This document shows, one piece after another, positions 23,608 through 36,088 of a DNA stretch of 64,000 nt. A program made the position numbers and the translations under genes. The stretch spans positions 8,620,001-8,684,000 of the forward strand of contig CM119372.1 of NCBI GenBank assembly GCA_051294905.1. Direction: 5' to 3'. The DNA comes from Botryllus schlosseri. Taxonomy: Eukaryota. The notes beneath the pieces were generated by a model, which saw only the letters and a list, made by a program, of their open reading frames with translations, had not been told where the DNA came from and did no database searches. Position 1 is the first letter of the stretch. Every line of letters begins with the position of its first letter.

Positions 23608-25665
23608 CAGGGGTCACCAACGCGGACCAACTGAGTCGCCCGCGGCTTTTGCGGTGGGCGAGGTGGGCGGTCGCCAGGGGGGCTGGCCGAAGGGCTCCCC
23701 TATTTGGATTATGCGCATTTTTCAAGGATAATAACGAATAAACATGGAAATCCGTGTAAGGCAAGAATTGGATTCCGTACAGATGTGTCGATCATTATGA
23801 AATCTCTGCACTTGTTAGAAAAGTACCATATCCCGATAATCATCACGTCTCTGCATGCGGTAGAATTACTTAGTTTTAATGTCGTGTATCTGTGCACACA
23901 TGTAAAAATAGACATGGCCGAATCCAGCACCTGGCCGAACCTTGATAGATAGATAAAAATAACAGATGCGAAAGAGGGGTCTGGGGGGCGAAGCCCCCCA
24001 TAAGTTACGGATAGATACTTATAGGGGGCCCCCGGTAAGTCTCGTCCAGCCCCCCCCCCCGTTCGTATGGCCACCACTGCGCTGTAGCAAATATCCAAAT
24101 GAGAGATTTGATAGTTGAAGCTCGTTTCATATGAGCAGCAGTTGAACATGGGTCGGCCGACGCCAAGGAACATACGAACGCAGTCGCTCGGGGCATTGCT
24201 TGCCTTCGCCCACGCGGCGGCTCAACGGGAATCTATATAGTTAATATTCCCGAGTCTAGACGCGGAGATCGGCGCTTCTGCGCGCACTGCAGCAACGCAA
24301 CTGAGCTTGGAGGAGCTGGTGTGAGTCCCTGCGAGTGAGCGTATTTTTTTCTTGGTAAGGGGCGGAAACCCGGCCCAGTGCTCTGATTGTCTTACTCTCA
24401 GTCAGTGGTTCCCAACCTTTTTCGACTCATCGCCTCCTTTTGAAGCTCCGCACCGATCATCGCCCCCCAAATATTGGGAACCGAAAAACAGCACTTCGTC
24501 AGCCCCCCAAAAAAGAAACGTTGGTATTTGGTCCCAGACCCCTGACCCCCCTCAGCCAGTGGGCTTTTTGTCGCTACATATCAGCTATACCCTATTCCCT
24601 GTACTGTTTGGTGAGTCACCGTATTTCGCCAAAACGCGTGAAGTGCGACAAATTTATATAATTCATGTTTGAATCGGTAAATATGGTGGATGTGGTATGT
24701 TGGATAAGGTAGGGCCCCTAAATAATAATTAAACATCTTCGGGCGGGATCATTGTTATATTGACTTCTTTACATGATGCTATTTCATGACCTCCTATATC
24801 TGCTATGTCAGAAGATATGCAAACCGTCAAAACGTACCAAACTAAACGACGCACAGGATTTCATATTGGTATTTCTTTACTGGCAAGTAATTTTTTCCTT
24901 GCGGGATGGCGTTTGTCCTGTAGCGTCAAGGTCGCCAGGACAGGAACATTCGACGCCAGCCATTGAGGCGCCTATATGGACAATTAAACATATATGTATC
25001 GTATATATATCGAAGTTTTCGGTCAGCACAAGGGCATTCCTTTTCGGCCAAGGTCTTCTCGCTTCTGATCGTTCTGGCACACTTCTCGGAGTCGCATGTT
25101 ACATGGCCTCTAGCTTCATACGTCTTGGTGCGTCGCGGCGCAGTAATGACCGACGCCGAAGTCTCCCATTTTAAATCATACGTATTTTTGTTGGGTGATG
25201 GGGCCCCCAACATCAAAATAAATGAAAATATTAAATCGCGCGCAGCGCTAAAAATTTTTGAGAAAGTCGCATGAATTTCTAAAAAATTACTCTATCATTC
25301 ATGTTAATTCACCAAATAATTTTGGGCTTCCTTCGATTTCGGGCTCCCCACCCAAATTGGGGGTTTGGGATGCAATAGTTACGGTCCCGACTCCAACATA
25401 GCCGTTTTAAAGCACCATCACCCATATCGCTCCCTTCGTTGTTTTCGCCCCCTATCGCCCCCTTCGTCTGTTTTCGCCCCCCTAAACCGTCAAATCGCCC
25501 CCTGGGGGCGATATCGCCCACGTTGGGAACCACTGCTCTAAGTGAAGAAATCCAACTGAACATGGATAAACGACGGGAGTACGAGGTAACCCGTCGGTCG
25601 TCGCAATAATCAGTACACACTACACAAGAAGTAGCTTTTTGTTTCAAAACAGTTGGTGACCCCTG
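23608..25665. mobile_element. Nested hAT MITE
   Basis: Perfect 14-bp TIRs CAGGGGTCACCAAC / GTTGGTGACCCCTG; TSD poorly conserved. Confidence 0.7.
24403..25535. mobile_element. Nested hAT MITE (family of 18589-18997, inverted), itself containing a CAGGACCGTAAC element at ~24475-25389
   Basis: CAGTGGTTCCCAAC / GTTGGGAACCACTG; flanks CTCTCAGT / CTCTAAGT; the inner segment is the reverse complement of much of 54083-55031. Confidence 0.85.
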
Positions 25666-27552
25666 CTCCAGTACATAGCTGGGTTTGAAATGCATACCTC
25701 TTCCCCTCAAGAAAAAACATACATAGGCTATATTTTATGGGAACAGGCATTTCGTAGCCGGTCATTACCGCGCCACGATCCCACAACACACCAAAACGCA
25801 TATGCAGTTTCGGCCAACACGCAACTCCACGTGATGTGATACCAAAGAAATACCTTGGCCGAAACTTAGGGTATTCGTCCATTGTCAATAGCCGCGCTGA
25901 GTGGGCGGGACTAATAACTCCTGTCCTTCCAATCTGGGCCCACAATGCAAATGTCACCCGGCGCATCCACAAAAGAATAAAGCCATGACAATTTGTGTGT
26001 GCGTCTCACAAAAGATATTCTTTTAGTCTGCTACGTTTGTCGAGTACAATATCTTGTGATTATACAACGGACTGGAGGTCGCGAATTAACAACATACAGT
26101 AATTATAACAACATACCAGATGCTATGAATATGAATTACGTGCCCCAGCTTTACAGGTAAATCTGACACTCGGGGCTCAAAGAGGTTATAAATGAATAGT
26201 AATATAATGCAATTACCAATATTATTGACGAAATTCACTTTTGAAAATTGACCAACGGTTGGACTGGGGAATTGCTGTTTTGGCTGAATTGCTGATTCTA
26301 GCTACAACCCACGCTAACATGTCAGGCTATATAAGCGGATGGTTATGGCGGCAGGTCCAAATGCTAAGTAACGAACTGTGAAATAACGATTGACGCCCGT
26401 TTCAAGTAGTTATATGAGAATAAGATATGATTAACATAAAAATTCTGCCTTCAACTTAATACATATACACTTATACAGCGAGCTGCTGTTACGAGAAACG
26501 GCTAAGCACGGCTCGGTTATGATATATATCAGCAGCTGTTTATTTGTAATGCTTCGTTGTGGAAACTGCAATGTCTTATTCGACGAGTACAAAATTCCGA
26601 ATCTTCGTCAGGTGCACGTGCGTACGTAGGCCTCCTGCTCGCCAAGCAGCAATGGTAAACTGCGTTTAACTAAGCACAACCAAACATTAATACATAAGTT
26701 ACTATTTGAAACTATAGGCAGAGTGGTGATCAATATCCTGCTGCGAGGTAGCGGCTTCTGTAGTGTATTGATAACCTGATATACACCACGGGAGGTGCTC
26801 TTACAATCACACTACAATGTCCATCGCATGTCTGTTTACTATGTGTGGATACTTGTTACGCAATGACGAGCGGAGCTAATACTTCTGACGTAATAATGAG
26901 TCAGTGGCGTTTGAAAACAGACGTTTGTGCTAACGCTAACGTGGTATATTATCTCATTCTTGTTCACGAATATTCAGTTTATGTCATAGTCCTTGTACAA
27001 ACAAAAAGTAATCGTTCTTTCACAAACAAATCGATTAGATATGGGAAGTAGTCGATTACGATTACGATTACTTCGGATTTTTTTCGAATGTAATCGATTG
27101 CGATTACGATTACTTCAAAATGCTGTAATCGTCGTAATCGATTACGATTACTAATCGCGATTACCCCATGTCTGGTGTAAAGTGCATCTGATCTCTCGTG
27201 CCCCTGGGTGTCTTCTATGAAAAGCATGCATTCGACACATTGTATTGAACTACCTGTATGTGAGTGATTGTAATCATATCTTCAATTGCTTTCGATTTTG
27301 AGAAATTGGTAATAACGGGAATAAACGAACTTTTTGAAGAAAAATATGACGGTTTCTTTACGTAGAAAAGGAAGGAGGGTTAGGGAGTTGGATTATCTAC
27401 GTTTGCATCACTAATGGGACGATGGAGAAGCGAAGAGACTGCAAGGCTATAGAGTATGCACCACGATTTTATCTCTCCACACAATCCCAGTGCGTTGAGC
27501 GCCTGGCGTGGAAGCTGTGGACAACAGTTTTAATGTAAAGTCGTTTGCCTGG

Positions 27553-27979
27553 CAGAGATGAGCATGGATTAGGATTAGGTTTTGAAAAAACAGGATTTGT
27601 GAAATTTTGTCGGATTTGGATTGGATTTGGATTAGACATTTTTTTTAGAACGGATTAGGATTTGGATTGGATTTACATATTTTCTGGGAGATTGAAATGT
27701 CGTGTGACGAATGGCGTCAAACTTTATTCAGATCAGTTATTAATGTACTTATGGTCATCAAGTTATCTTGAATCAAGTGAATCGTTGGTTGTGAAAGAAA
27801 ATTTTCGAATCCCTCCTCTGCATAAACTAGTATTTTTTCTGAATTTTCAGTTGGAATCGGATTAGGATTGGACATGGACCTGAATATGAAAAAGTTATGG
27901 ATTAGGATTAGGATTTGGATTTGAAGGTTCGGATTTGGATTGGATTAGGACATAGAAATTTCAAATCCGCTCATCTCTG
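27553..27979. mobile_element. MITE with GGATT(A/T) repeats
   Basis: CAGAGATGAGC / GCTCATCTCTG; flanks TTGCCTGG / TTGTCTGG; sits in a decayed SINE-A-like sequence. Confidence 0.85.
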
Positions 27980-28406
27980 TTGTCTGGCCGAGCAATAAGA
28001 TATATACGCTCTAACATTACTCTATCAACTATCTAGGAAGTTCAAGGAACACATGTTTCGGTGTTATGGTTTACAACACACCGCCCAAGAGTAATTTTTC
28101 ATACTCAGAGGGAATTAAATTCATTTCTACAGCGAACACAAAAGGTAAACATGTGTAAAACCATGGTAATTTCGAACCAATCCCCGAACTGCTCAATATA
28201 ATGGTAATGTAACTTGAGTACGTGCGATATTAGTGGAAGCCGTCTACAAACCTAGCCGCCAGCAAATTCGTAGTGCAAATGAAGAAGATCCACACGAGTA
28301 TAGTCAAAGTAGAGGCAAAGGGCGGATTTTCATCCAACTAGATGTGCCAAAATCACGAACTGGCCATGAAATTCACTGCGGCCGGCCACGAGACAAAGCT
28401 TTTTCA

Positions 28407-29382
28407 CAGTGTTGGGATCAAGTCACTACCTTCGAGTCACGAGTCAATTCGAGTCATTACACATTTTGACTCGAGTCAAGTCAAGTCAATCGATTTTCGA
28501 AGGTGACTCGAGTCAAGTCAAGTCAGTCGATTTTCGGAGGTGACTCGAGTCAAGTCGAGTCAAGTCAAGTCAAGTCAAGTCACGAGTCAAGTCACAATTC
28601 AAGTCAAATTGCCTTTCCGAGGTATGAGGCGTGATTACGTCATTGTATTTTGCTAGCTGTCTAAAATACAGATTGAGTGGTCATTGATTTTGAACCGATA
28701 AACGAATATAGAGTTAAATATACACGCAAGTAAGGCGCTGTATCGCTCACATATAAGTAGAACTAATAAACTGCGTAAGTAATTGCACAGCCTCAGTTTA
28801 TAGTTACCAGCCAAAATAGAGAATAGAGAAACGAATTGATAAGATGCAATACATTACCCTTTTACAAATTGATATGATACAATTCGAGCCTGCGCCAATG
28901 GTTGAGGACTATATGAACTATTTGCGAATTCAATTTCAATAAAACAAGAGGTTTGGTTAAGTTAAGAACACAGAACAAAATAGACATTTTGCTATTAAAT
29001 TACTTTACTATACTATAGACGACAACGTATGCTGTCAGCTTCGATCAGTTCGTTAGCGATCAATATATTTTTGAGAGAACAATGAAGGTTCAGTAAAACG
29101 CACGAATGATTGGTCGCGGGTTACACCTGGGTTACACCAGCGTTGCGCGAACAATCCGAACATATGTAAGATACAGTGATTTTTATCGACACCGATTACT
29201 TGATGACTTGAAATTGACTCGTGAATTTTGCTCCGAGTCACGAGTCAATCCACATTTCGGATACGCCGAGTCAAGTCAAGTCAAGTCATTTTAGCAAAGT
29301 GACTCGAGTCAAGTCAAGTCATACGAAAAAGTGACTCGAGTCTGACTCGAGTCAAGTCATGACTCGAGTCATCCCAACACTG
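28407..29382. mobile_element. MITE with GACTCGAGTC/AAGTC subterminal arrays
   Basis: CAGTGTTGGGAT / ATCCCAACACTG; perfect TSD CTTTTTCA (28399-28406, 29383-29390); splits a GGCCGGCCAC-family element. Confidence 0.92.
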
Positions 29383-29961
29383 CTTTTTCATGGCCGACGA
29401 CGAGATATTCGTGGCCGGCCATGAAAAAATATGTGGCCAGTAAGTGGCCACGGAAAAGCTGAGACCCCTACTGGTCGCTGATGGATCGGCTGCCATCAGG
29501 GTTACGATCTCCCATCTGTCTAGAAATAACGAATTAATATATTTCCGCGCTATGAAGGCCAGTGCGGATATTGTCGATTAGTCGTTTATATAGTTTCTGA
29601 CTTTTAGCCGATTTAATTATTGTCGGCTAGCGCTAACGAGCACAGAGATATAGATTACTAACCCACTAATTCCATAGTGTAGTAATCTGTACAGAGCATA
29701 GAATACCTTTCAGCCCATGAGTATATGATCTCCATTTGGAGATCTCCCTTCATTTGTAGCATTAATTAATTTGCATATCTACTCACTCGTTTAGACCAAT
29801 TCCATACGTGGTCGCTGATATAGCTGCCACCAGTACAGCATACAAAGCGTAGTTCAACATCTCTCAATGATAAATGCCAGCGAGAGTTATGGCCTCATTT
29901 ATAAATAACCCAGATAGAAATATTGAGTCACTTCCGCAAATTTGCTTTATTATTACTGCAC

Positions 29962-29990
29962 CATCATCATCATCATCATCATCATCATCA
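29962..29990. repeat. (CAT)n microsatellite
   Basis: About 9-10 tandem CAT units. Confidence 0.9.
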
Positions 29991-30101
29991 GTTTATTATT
30001 TTATCAATTCAAAACAACGCCACATCGACCACATATTATCTTTGTGACGGAGGGGTAGGCTACTCATAATTTACCAAGATCAATATATCTAGACTCTAGA
30101 T

Positions 30102-31235
30102 CAGCGGTTCTCAACCGGGGGTCCGCGAGACCTCTAAATTTTTGAAATGGCTGTTGACCTAATTTTTATTTTATTTTTTAATTTGAGAAAGCATGAGGCA
30201 GTTTCGCACCACAACTGCTAAAACCTCATGACTCATATCATCATAATAATCGTCTGCGAAACCTTCTCGATTTAAAGTTGTCAGTCTCATCAAATTAGTG
30301 AACAGTCGTTTGAAATAAAAATTTCCGAAGTAAATCTCTAATTTTTCCCAATGCAGAGATTGAAACCTCGCCACGAAATCCATTTTATCCTGTGATATAC
30401 ATAACCACTATTTGAAATGCTTATTGGAGATACAGAACTGCAATATACAATTGAATAGTATATTCATGTTTAAATGAACCCGAATATTTTCGGCTGACAC
30501 TCGTGATAAATCGGAAAATGATATACCTAGGCTACTTTTAAAGCTCGGCTATCAGATTTGGCGCATTCTTATTGCGGATGCCCTATCGACAAGGCTGTTT
30601 TCTGACGAACAAAGAGTGTTTCGTTGCTATCAAAGCATTACGCTCCAGTCCTGAAATTCATATCACCAGTTATATTGCTATGCGTCCTTGTCTTGTCAAT
30701 GTTCAATTGTTCATGGTCGAAAATGTTTGCTCGTAAACCCGAACAGAACAAGTCGTTTCATGACAGTCTTTCTCAGGTTAAAGAACTTGGGTCCATTCTT
30801 TTGCGCATAAAATATATGTTTCCTCATTTTGGGGCCATAAGTATTGCAATCACACCAATAGTATGGTCGGAAGCGTTATGCGTTAATATTCCATTAGCCT
30901 CCATCTATCTTTGCTGAAATGGTTTTTGGCACTCCTCGTTCATATCCAAAGGAAGACGCGGATTTTCAAGACACGACCACGTACTTCAAGAAATACAGCA
31001 GCAAAATTAGATTTGACATAATAAAAGTCTATCAATTTTTACATAAATAGTATGATGTTATTTCAAGAGAAATCATTAGTCTGCTGTTTATCACAAGCCT
31101 ATAGTTCATATTTGCACAAAACAGATGGATGTTGCACCATAATAGAGCTAAAATTTAACTAAAACTTGAAGGGGTCCGCGAGGGTCCGTGACGGTCAAAA
31201 GGGGTCCGCGAAGCCAAAAAGGCTGAGAACCACTG
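30102..31235 (+). mobile_element. hAT Buster-type deletion derivative (GGGGTCCGCG family)
   Basis: CAGCGGTTCTCAACC / GGCTGAGAACCACTG; perfect TSD CTCTAGAT; decayed dimerisation-domain remnant 'PLASIYLC*NGF' (~30890-30925). Confidence 0.9.
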
Positions 31236-31624
31236 CTCTAGATGCAGTAAATTTCATGTACCGTAAATCCGCCCAAAAATATTTTGTTGGTATTGATTCA
31301 TGAAAAAATTCTGTCTAAGCTTGGTCCCCCAATTGGGGGTTCGGGTGTGGCAGTTACGGCCCACTGTTTGTAAGGCCTGGTCCACAAACAGTTTGTGACT
31401 CACTTCCAAGCCCACAGTTTGAGAACCCCTGAACTGGAATAGGCCTACCCGGATTGCTATTCATTTCGAAAAATTGTAATCGATTGATTCCCGACACATC
31501 ATATCAACTTGCAGACAGGTTTAAAACATAAAATTTTGACGAGCTGAGAATTTTCCGGATCTAGGAAAAGGTAGGGGGAAATTACGCTCACATATGCAAT
31601 CCTTTGCGATAACTACACGCCTTT

Positions 31625-31888
31625 GGGAGTGGCGAGATAGCATAGTGGTATAATCCACAGCTGCAATACCATTGGGTTGTGGGTTCGAGTCCGACCGAGG
31701 TCGACTCCAGAATTCCTACCTAAGTGTTGGGGGTTTATCTAGGCTCCACCTCGCCATCCCCGCGTAAGCGGTGTCTTACAAAAGGCCTAGAAGTGGCAGT
31801 TACAGAATAAAAATGAAGAGTATCGGCCTGGTGTAAGTGACCATAGTAGTCGACAATCACCATGAATACGCACAAAACAAACAAAAAC
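31625..31888 (+). mobile_element. tRNA-headed SINE (family B) with an I-group-LINE-like 3' end and (CAAA)n tail
   Basis: A box TAGCATAGTGG, B box GGTTCGAGTCC; 3' motif GGCCTGGTG..GACCATAGTAGTCGA..CACCAT (31825-31863). Confidence 0.88.
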
Positions 31889-32017
31889 GCATTTGGGACT
31901 GTTTTGGGTTCACATGGTTTTTGGCTCTTAACTCGGTTTACACATCAACTGTTGCAGCCTCAATTCCAATCTTCTAATCATATGTGTTGTTCGTTCAGCG
32001 GCGCAGGATCTATTTTA

Positions 32018-32335
32018 GTGAGTTAGTGTAGTGGTAACGATAAGCGTCTGCTACCAGGGCGGCCCGGGTTCGATTCTGCGTCGGACGCTTGTCTAGGTTT
32101 CTCTTCCCACCCGTTAAGGCGACTAAAAAAGTCCGGTAAAGACCTGTTGAAAGAACTACTCACAAGGAATGGAAAGAGAAAGAATGAGCCACGGCATAGA
32201 TAGTAACAACGAAAATAACTATAACAGCGAGCACTAGGCCACCGTGGATGGCAGATCAAGAGACTGCAACTGGTCGTTTCGACACCCTCCTATCTGTTCA
32301 TTATATCGCTTTGTACATTGTGTACATAATCTCGC
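32018..32335 (+). mobile_element. tRNA-headed SINE (family C) with an L2/CR1-like 3' end
   Basis: A box TAGTGTAGTGG, B box GGTTCGATTC; homologous to 43072-43469 (-) and 46820-47184 (+). Confidence 0.82.
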
Positions 32336-32396
32336 CATGACCCATTCGCTCTTTGTTTTCTTTTTCTTTATCATATCTGTCCTGTAGTTGCGAGTC

Positions 32397-32887
32397 TAGG
32401 GCTGGGCAAAATCGAGTACCTGAGTGATTCGATTCTGAATCACGCATTATGCTTCGAGTCGAGTCGAGTTTTCGAGTATCAGTCATTATGACGTAATAAC
32501 GGTATGTATGATGTCCATGTTCAAATTTGCATCTTTTATGCGTCCACAGCGAATATAACGCCTGTCAGAAATTTTTTCGACTATACCAGTTCATTGCACT
32601 TTGTGGCGTTATGGGTTGATCATGACTTCAGAAATATGTTCTTTCCAGCATAGTTACTAGCTTTGTACTATGTGTTTCGTGTGCTGCGATACGGCCAATC
32701 AAGGTTTGCAGCCTTCCGAAGTGGAAATTAGCATCGAAACTTTAATTCTCGTTGATAAATCAACTTTCAGTGGCGTGGGTCGTATATCGTCACTATTCGA
32801 AAATATCGCGTTTTAATACTCGACTCGAATCATTAGAATTATTACTCGATTCAGATTCGAGTACTCGAATCATTGTGCCCAGCCCCA
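32397..32887. mobile_element. MITE, TAGGGCTGGGCA termini, TCGAGT repeats
   Basis: TAGGGCTGGGCAAAAT / ATTGTGCCCAGCCCCA; inverted copy at 41514-42015. Confidence 0.85.
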
Positions 32888-33069
32888 GTTGCGACACGAT
32901 GATTTCTTGTTGTTCGGGAGAAACACATAACCTCATATTTTTGAAGCGAAACAGCTCGCTCTTCGTGTTTTCTATCCACCCCATTTCCTCAGTAACTTCC
33001 ATATATACAATCCTATTAGCATCGCATTTCCTACAGTGTACGCATCTACGGAACCGCTTCCCGTTACTT

Positions 33070-33461
33070 ATATTATCCACGTCGTCCAACTACCATATGA
33101 TCGACGTAAAATATCATCGCTCTATCAAATATGATGGACCTGTGGAACAGCATCTCAGCGACTATCCGACAGTCGTCGAGCATGTCAAGTCCACATTCAA
33201 GTCGATATACCAACAGTACTAGTCAGCCCTAAAGTTTACCCGACCACGATCTGACATATTGATGTCGCCTTCCGACACATGCCATCTCTTCTCTCTGTCG
33301 CCTGTCCATTTATACCATCTTCTTGTACTTTCAGTGTGCAATGAGCATACCTCCTTTTTACATCGCCTCCAAGTCGTATCGGCACCTTCGAATCTTTTCA
33401 TTGTATCGCAGTCTTGTGATGTATTGATATGTTGAAATTGTTAATATTAAATTGAATTGAA
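33070..33461 (+). mobile_element. L2/CR1-group LINE 3' end with (ATTGA)n tail
   Basis: 'HRSIKYDGP' remnant and a 3' UTR matching 57100-57416 and 58740-58869. Confidence 0.8.
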
Positions 33462-33848
33462 TCATGTCAACAGATGCCCCAATAATTTCGACCAGCTGTT
33501 CGTGGATTTTCATTCATTCAGCTGCACAGGTTTCATTTTTGTGCCTGGCGTACGTTACACTTCATTACATCGCGTGTTAACATTCCACCTCCTTACAACG
33601 ATTTTATTCATTGACAAACGCACATTGGTATTACATCACAAACATATTCTTCCCACGGTCTTGGGCAAGGTAGAGTCAGTCGGAAACCAGCCCCGTTTTT
33701 TGCTGAATTTCCTAGGTTAGTTATTCATTATATCTTCCAATTTTCAGAACATTGATTTGGGCACCACGCAGTCTTATAATGACTCAAACTTACTTCTTCC
33801 CATTATGAACAACCCAATTGAACTTGCAACACGAGCAACGCTTGTCAC

Positions 33849-34099
33849 ACCGAGCGAGATAGTGTAATGGTGATGCGTCCGGCTTCTTGAGCTGTGTGTC
33901 GTGGGTTCGATCCCCGGTCGGGTCATACCTAAATCTCGAAAATTGGTATTCTCAGCTATACTGCTGGGTACTCAGCAATCTCGGATAGCATGGAGGAGAA
34001 AAAACGGGGGCGCAGACTAGATGACCTCACGGCCGTATCGCAACTCCGTCGTCAAAGCATCTCGATGGTACAGGCGGAGAAGAATATCCTCTCTCTCTC
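33849..34099 (+). mobile_element. tRNA-headed SINE (family A)
   Basis: A box TAGTGTAATGG, B box GGTTCGATCCC, (TC)n tail; three further copies in the window. Confidence 0.9.
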
Positions 34100-34131
34100 A
34101 CGTTGCTCTCGCAAATGTGGTGATTACTGAT

Positions 34132-34539
34132 TAGGGTTGCAATTATAACAAACATGTTTAAAAAAGGCCCTAATTTAAAACATGTTTTTTATGTTTTTTT
34201 AAACCATGACGTCACGAATATTCAATTGTGACGTCATAGTGGATTGACATTGACAATTGAAAATATAGTGTAAATATGACTTCTTTGACGAAATATCTGT
34301 ACTATTATTGATGAACCGATTATTTTTAGGGTTCCAACCATCCCATATCGTCGGCTATATCGGGTGGCAATTGTCCGTAGACTCATACAACATGATTTTT
34401 GGAAAGTATTTACACAATTATGGCATAATTTTACAACTTAAAACAACACAATTTTTTAAAGGCCTTTGTTTAAATCACTGTTTAATACATGTTTTAAATA
34501 AAGTGTTTTAAAACACCGTTTGTTTTAAATGCAACTCTA
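34132..34539. mobile_element. MITE, TAGGGTTGCA termini
   Basis: TAGGGTTGCAATTATAAC / GTTTTAAATGCAACTCTA; AAACA/TGTTT subterminal repeats; TSD unclear. Confidence 0.7.
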
Positions 34540-34697
34540 GTGATGATGGATTGCTTGACATTTATATTACGATATCCAGATGCTTTTTTTCGATTCAACA
34601 GCTACGATTATCAATCTCACATCAGCTATTATGATTCAATTGAATAGTACATTCATATTGAAATGAACACCGACTGGCACTCGTCACGGGTAATCGT

Positions 34698-35696
34698 TAG
34701 GGATGGTGTGAACGTGAGGTTCACGTTCGCGTTCTGTGTGTGAACCTCGGAAATTTAGAGGTTCACGTTCACAACAGAACCTTGGTAGGTTCTGCACTGT
34801 GAACCTTTTTCATATATTGCAATTTTCACTTCGTTATAACATCTTTGGTTCATATTAATTGCATTTCAACTGCGGGCCACTCTATGCATGGCGCTGGCAG
34901 CATTAAAAATCAACACTATAAACGAGCATGCACCTTGACAATCTCAAAAGTTTTACTTGCTTTGTAACGAATGTTTGCTCGAAATATTCAGCTTTCCGTT
35001 TGTGAATATTTAGTGTCACTCTGCTGTGAGTTTGACCTGCGATCACACAACATCACGAGCGAAATACGTAGTCAGCGAATGATGCTTATATTCAACCAAT
35101 CAATGAGATTGATATCGTTTTCTGATGCAAAAAAGCTAGCAGGGGTACGGGGCAATCTTGACTTCATATCTTTACCGCATCACGAGAACCAAATCCTTGT
35201 GATTGAGGTGTTGTCTACTGCTGTAAAACTTGTTAATGGGGTAATATCGGTAGCAAGTATAGAAACCAGTTTTACACTCTGCTCAATATCAATGTAGCGA
35301 TAGGCTACTCAGACGCCGAATACATTATCCGGTCTGGCCTAGACCGTTAAGGCGTAAGCTTATATTCCCTGGTAAGTCCTCGTCGAAATTGTTGGCAAAG
35401 CGACGGAAGATATTGATTTTATAGGAGTATTATATCCTTTGATTGCCTCAGTTGAAACATTTAGTGACGTTTAAAACGCCAACATGTACTTCTGCATTGT
35501 GACATGATGTGGCCCGAGTCGTCGCTAGGTATCGTGTACGTTAATATAGGCTATCACTTCATTGAAAGATAGGGTTGGAATTAGCAATATGACGTCACGT
35601 GACGTCATGAGGTTCACGTTCGTGTTCACACAGAACCTTTCAAAAAGGTTCGCGTTCACACGAACCTGAACCTTTCAGAGGTTCACACCATCCCTA
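34698..35696. mobile_element. MITE, TAGGGATGGTGTGAAC termini, inserted in the left arm of a fold-back element
   Basis: TAGGGATGGTGTGAAC / GTTCACACCATCCCTA; TAATCGT duplicated at both junctions; second copy at 43470-44536. Confidence 0.9.
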
Positions 35697-35856
35697 ATCG
35701 TCAGCAACTAGTAGAGAATTGGAAAGAACATTGTATATCAACAATCGTATCACAAAATATGACGTCACCAGCTTGAAATTCGGTGGCGTCATACTTTGTG
35801 ATACGATTGTTGATATACAATGTTCTTTCCAATTCTCTACTAGTTGCTGACGATTA
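35695..35856. repeat. Near-perfect inverted repeat: 75-bp arms, 12-nt loop (core of a fold-back element spanning ~34637-35957)
   Basis: Arms 35695-35769 and 35782-35856 differ at 2 of 75 positions; single-arm fragments of the family occur at ~21175-21250 and ~30410-30510. Confidence 0.92.
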
Positions 35857-36088
35857 CCCCTGATGAGTGTCAGCCGAAAATATCCGGATTATTTCAATAG
35901 GAATATACTATCCAATTGTATATTGAAGTTCTGTACCTCCAAGAAGCTCTTCAAATATTATTATTCGAGAGAGCTGTACTCCGTGCTCCGACTTTATTAG
36001 CTGCCATAACTACAATTGATTGACTGCTACGTATTACGCTGCCGCAGTCCCGCTCGGCTCTTTTAACGGTCGCAAGACATGACAGGCC

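Larger units (their letters stand above)
23105..27174. mobile_element. CGATTA-repeat hAT-type MITE expanded to 4.07 kb by nested insertions
   Basis: CAGACATGGGGT / ACCCCATGTCTG; perfect TSD GTGTAAAG (23097-23104, 27175-27182); CGATTA arrays at both ends. Confidence 0.9.

Noticed and set aside
28430..28610. GACTCGAGTCAAGTC array as a satellite or CRISPR
   Set aside because: Subterminal repeats of a MITE with clear TIRs and an 8-bp TSD.
31625..34000. tRNA genes at ~31630, ~32020 and ~33850
   Set aside because: A and B boxes are present but the cloverleaf and acceptor stem are poor, and each runs into a repeated body and tail, so they are SINE heads.
35856..35895. Minimal hammerhead ribozyme-like string CTGATGA-G..C-GAAA-ATATC
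   Set aside because: Stem I does not pair in this copy, and the other family copies lack the CTGA core (GTGACGA, GGGACGA); likely chance within a fold-back DNA element.
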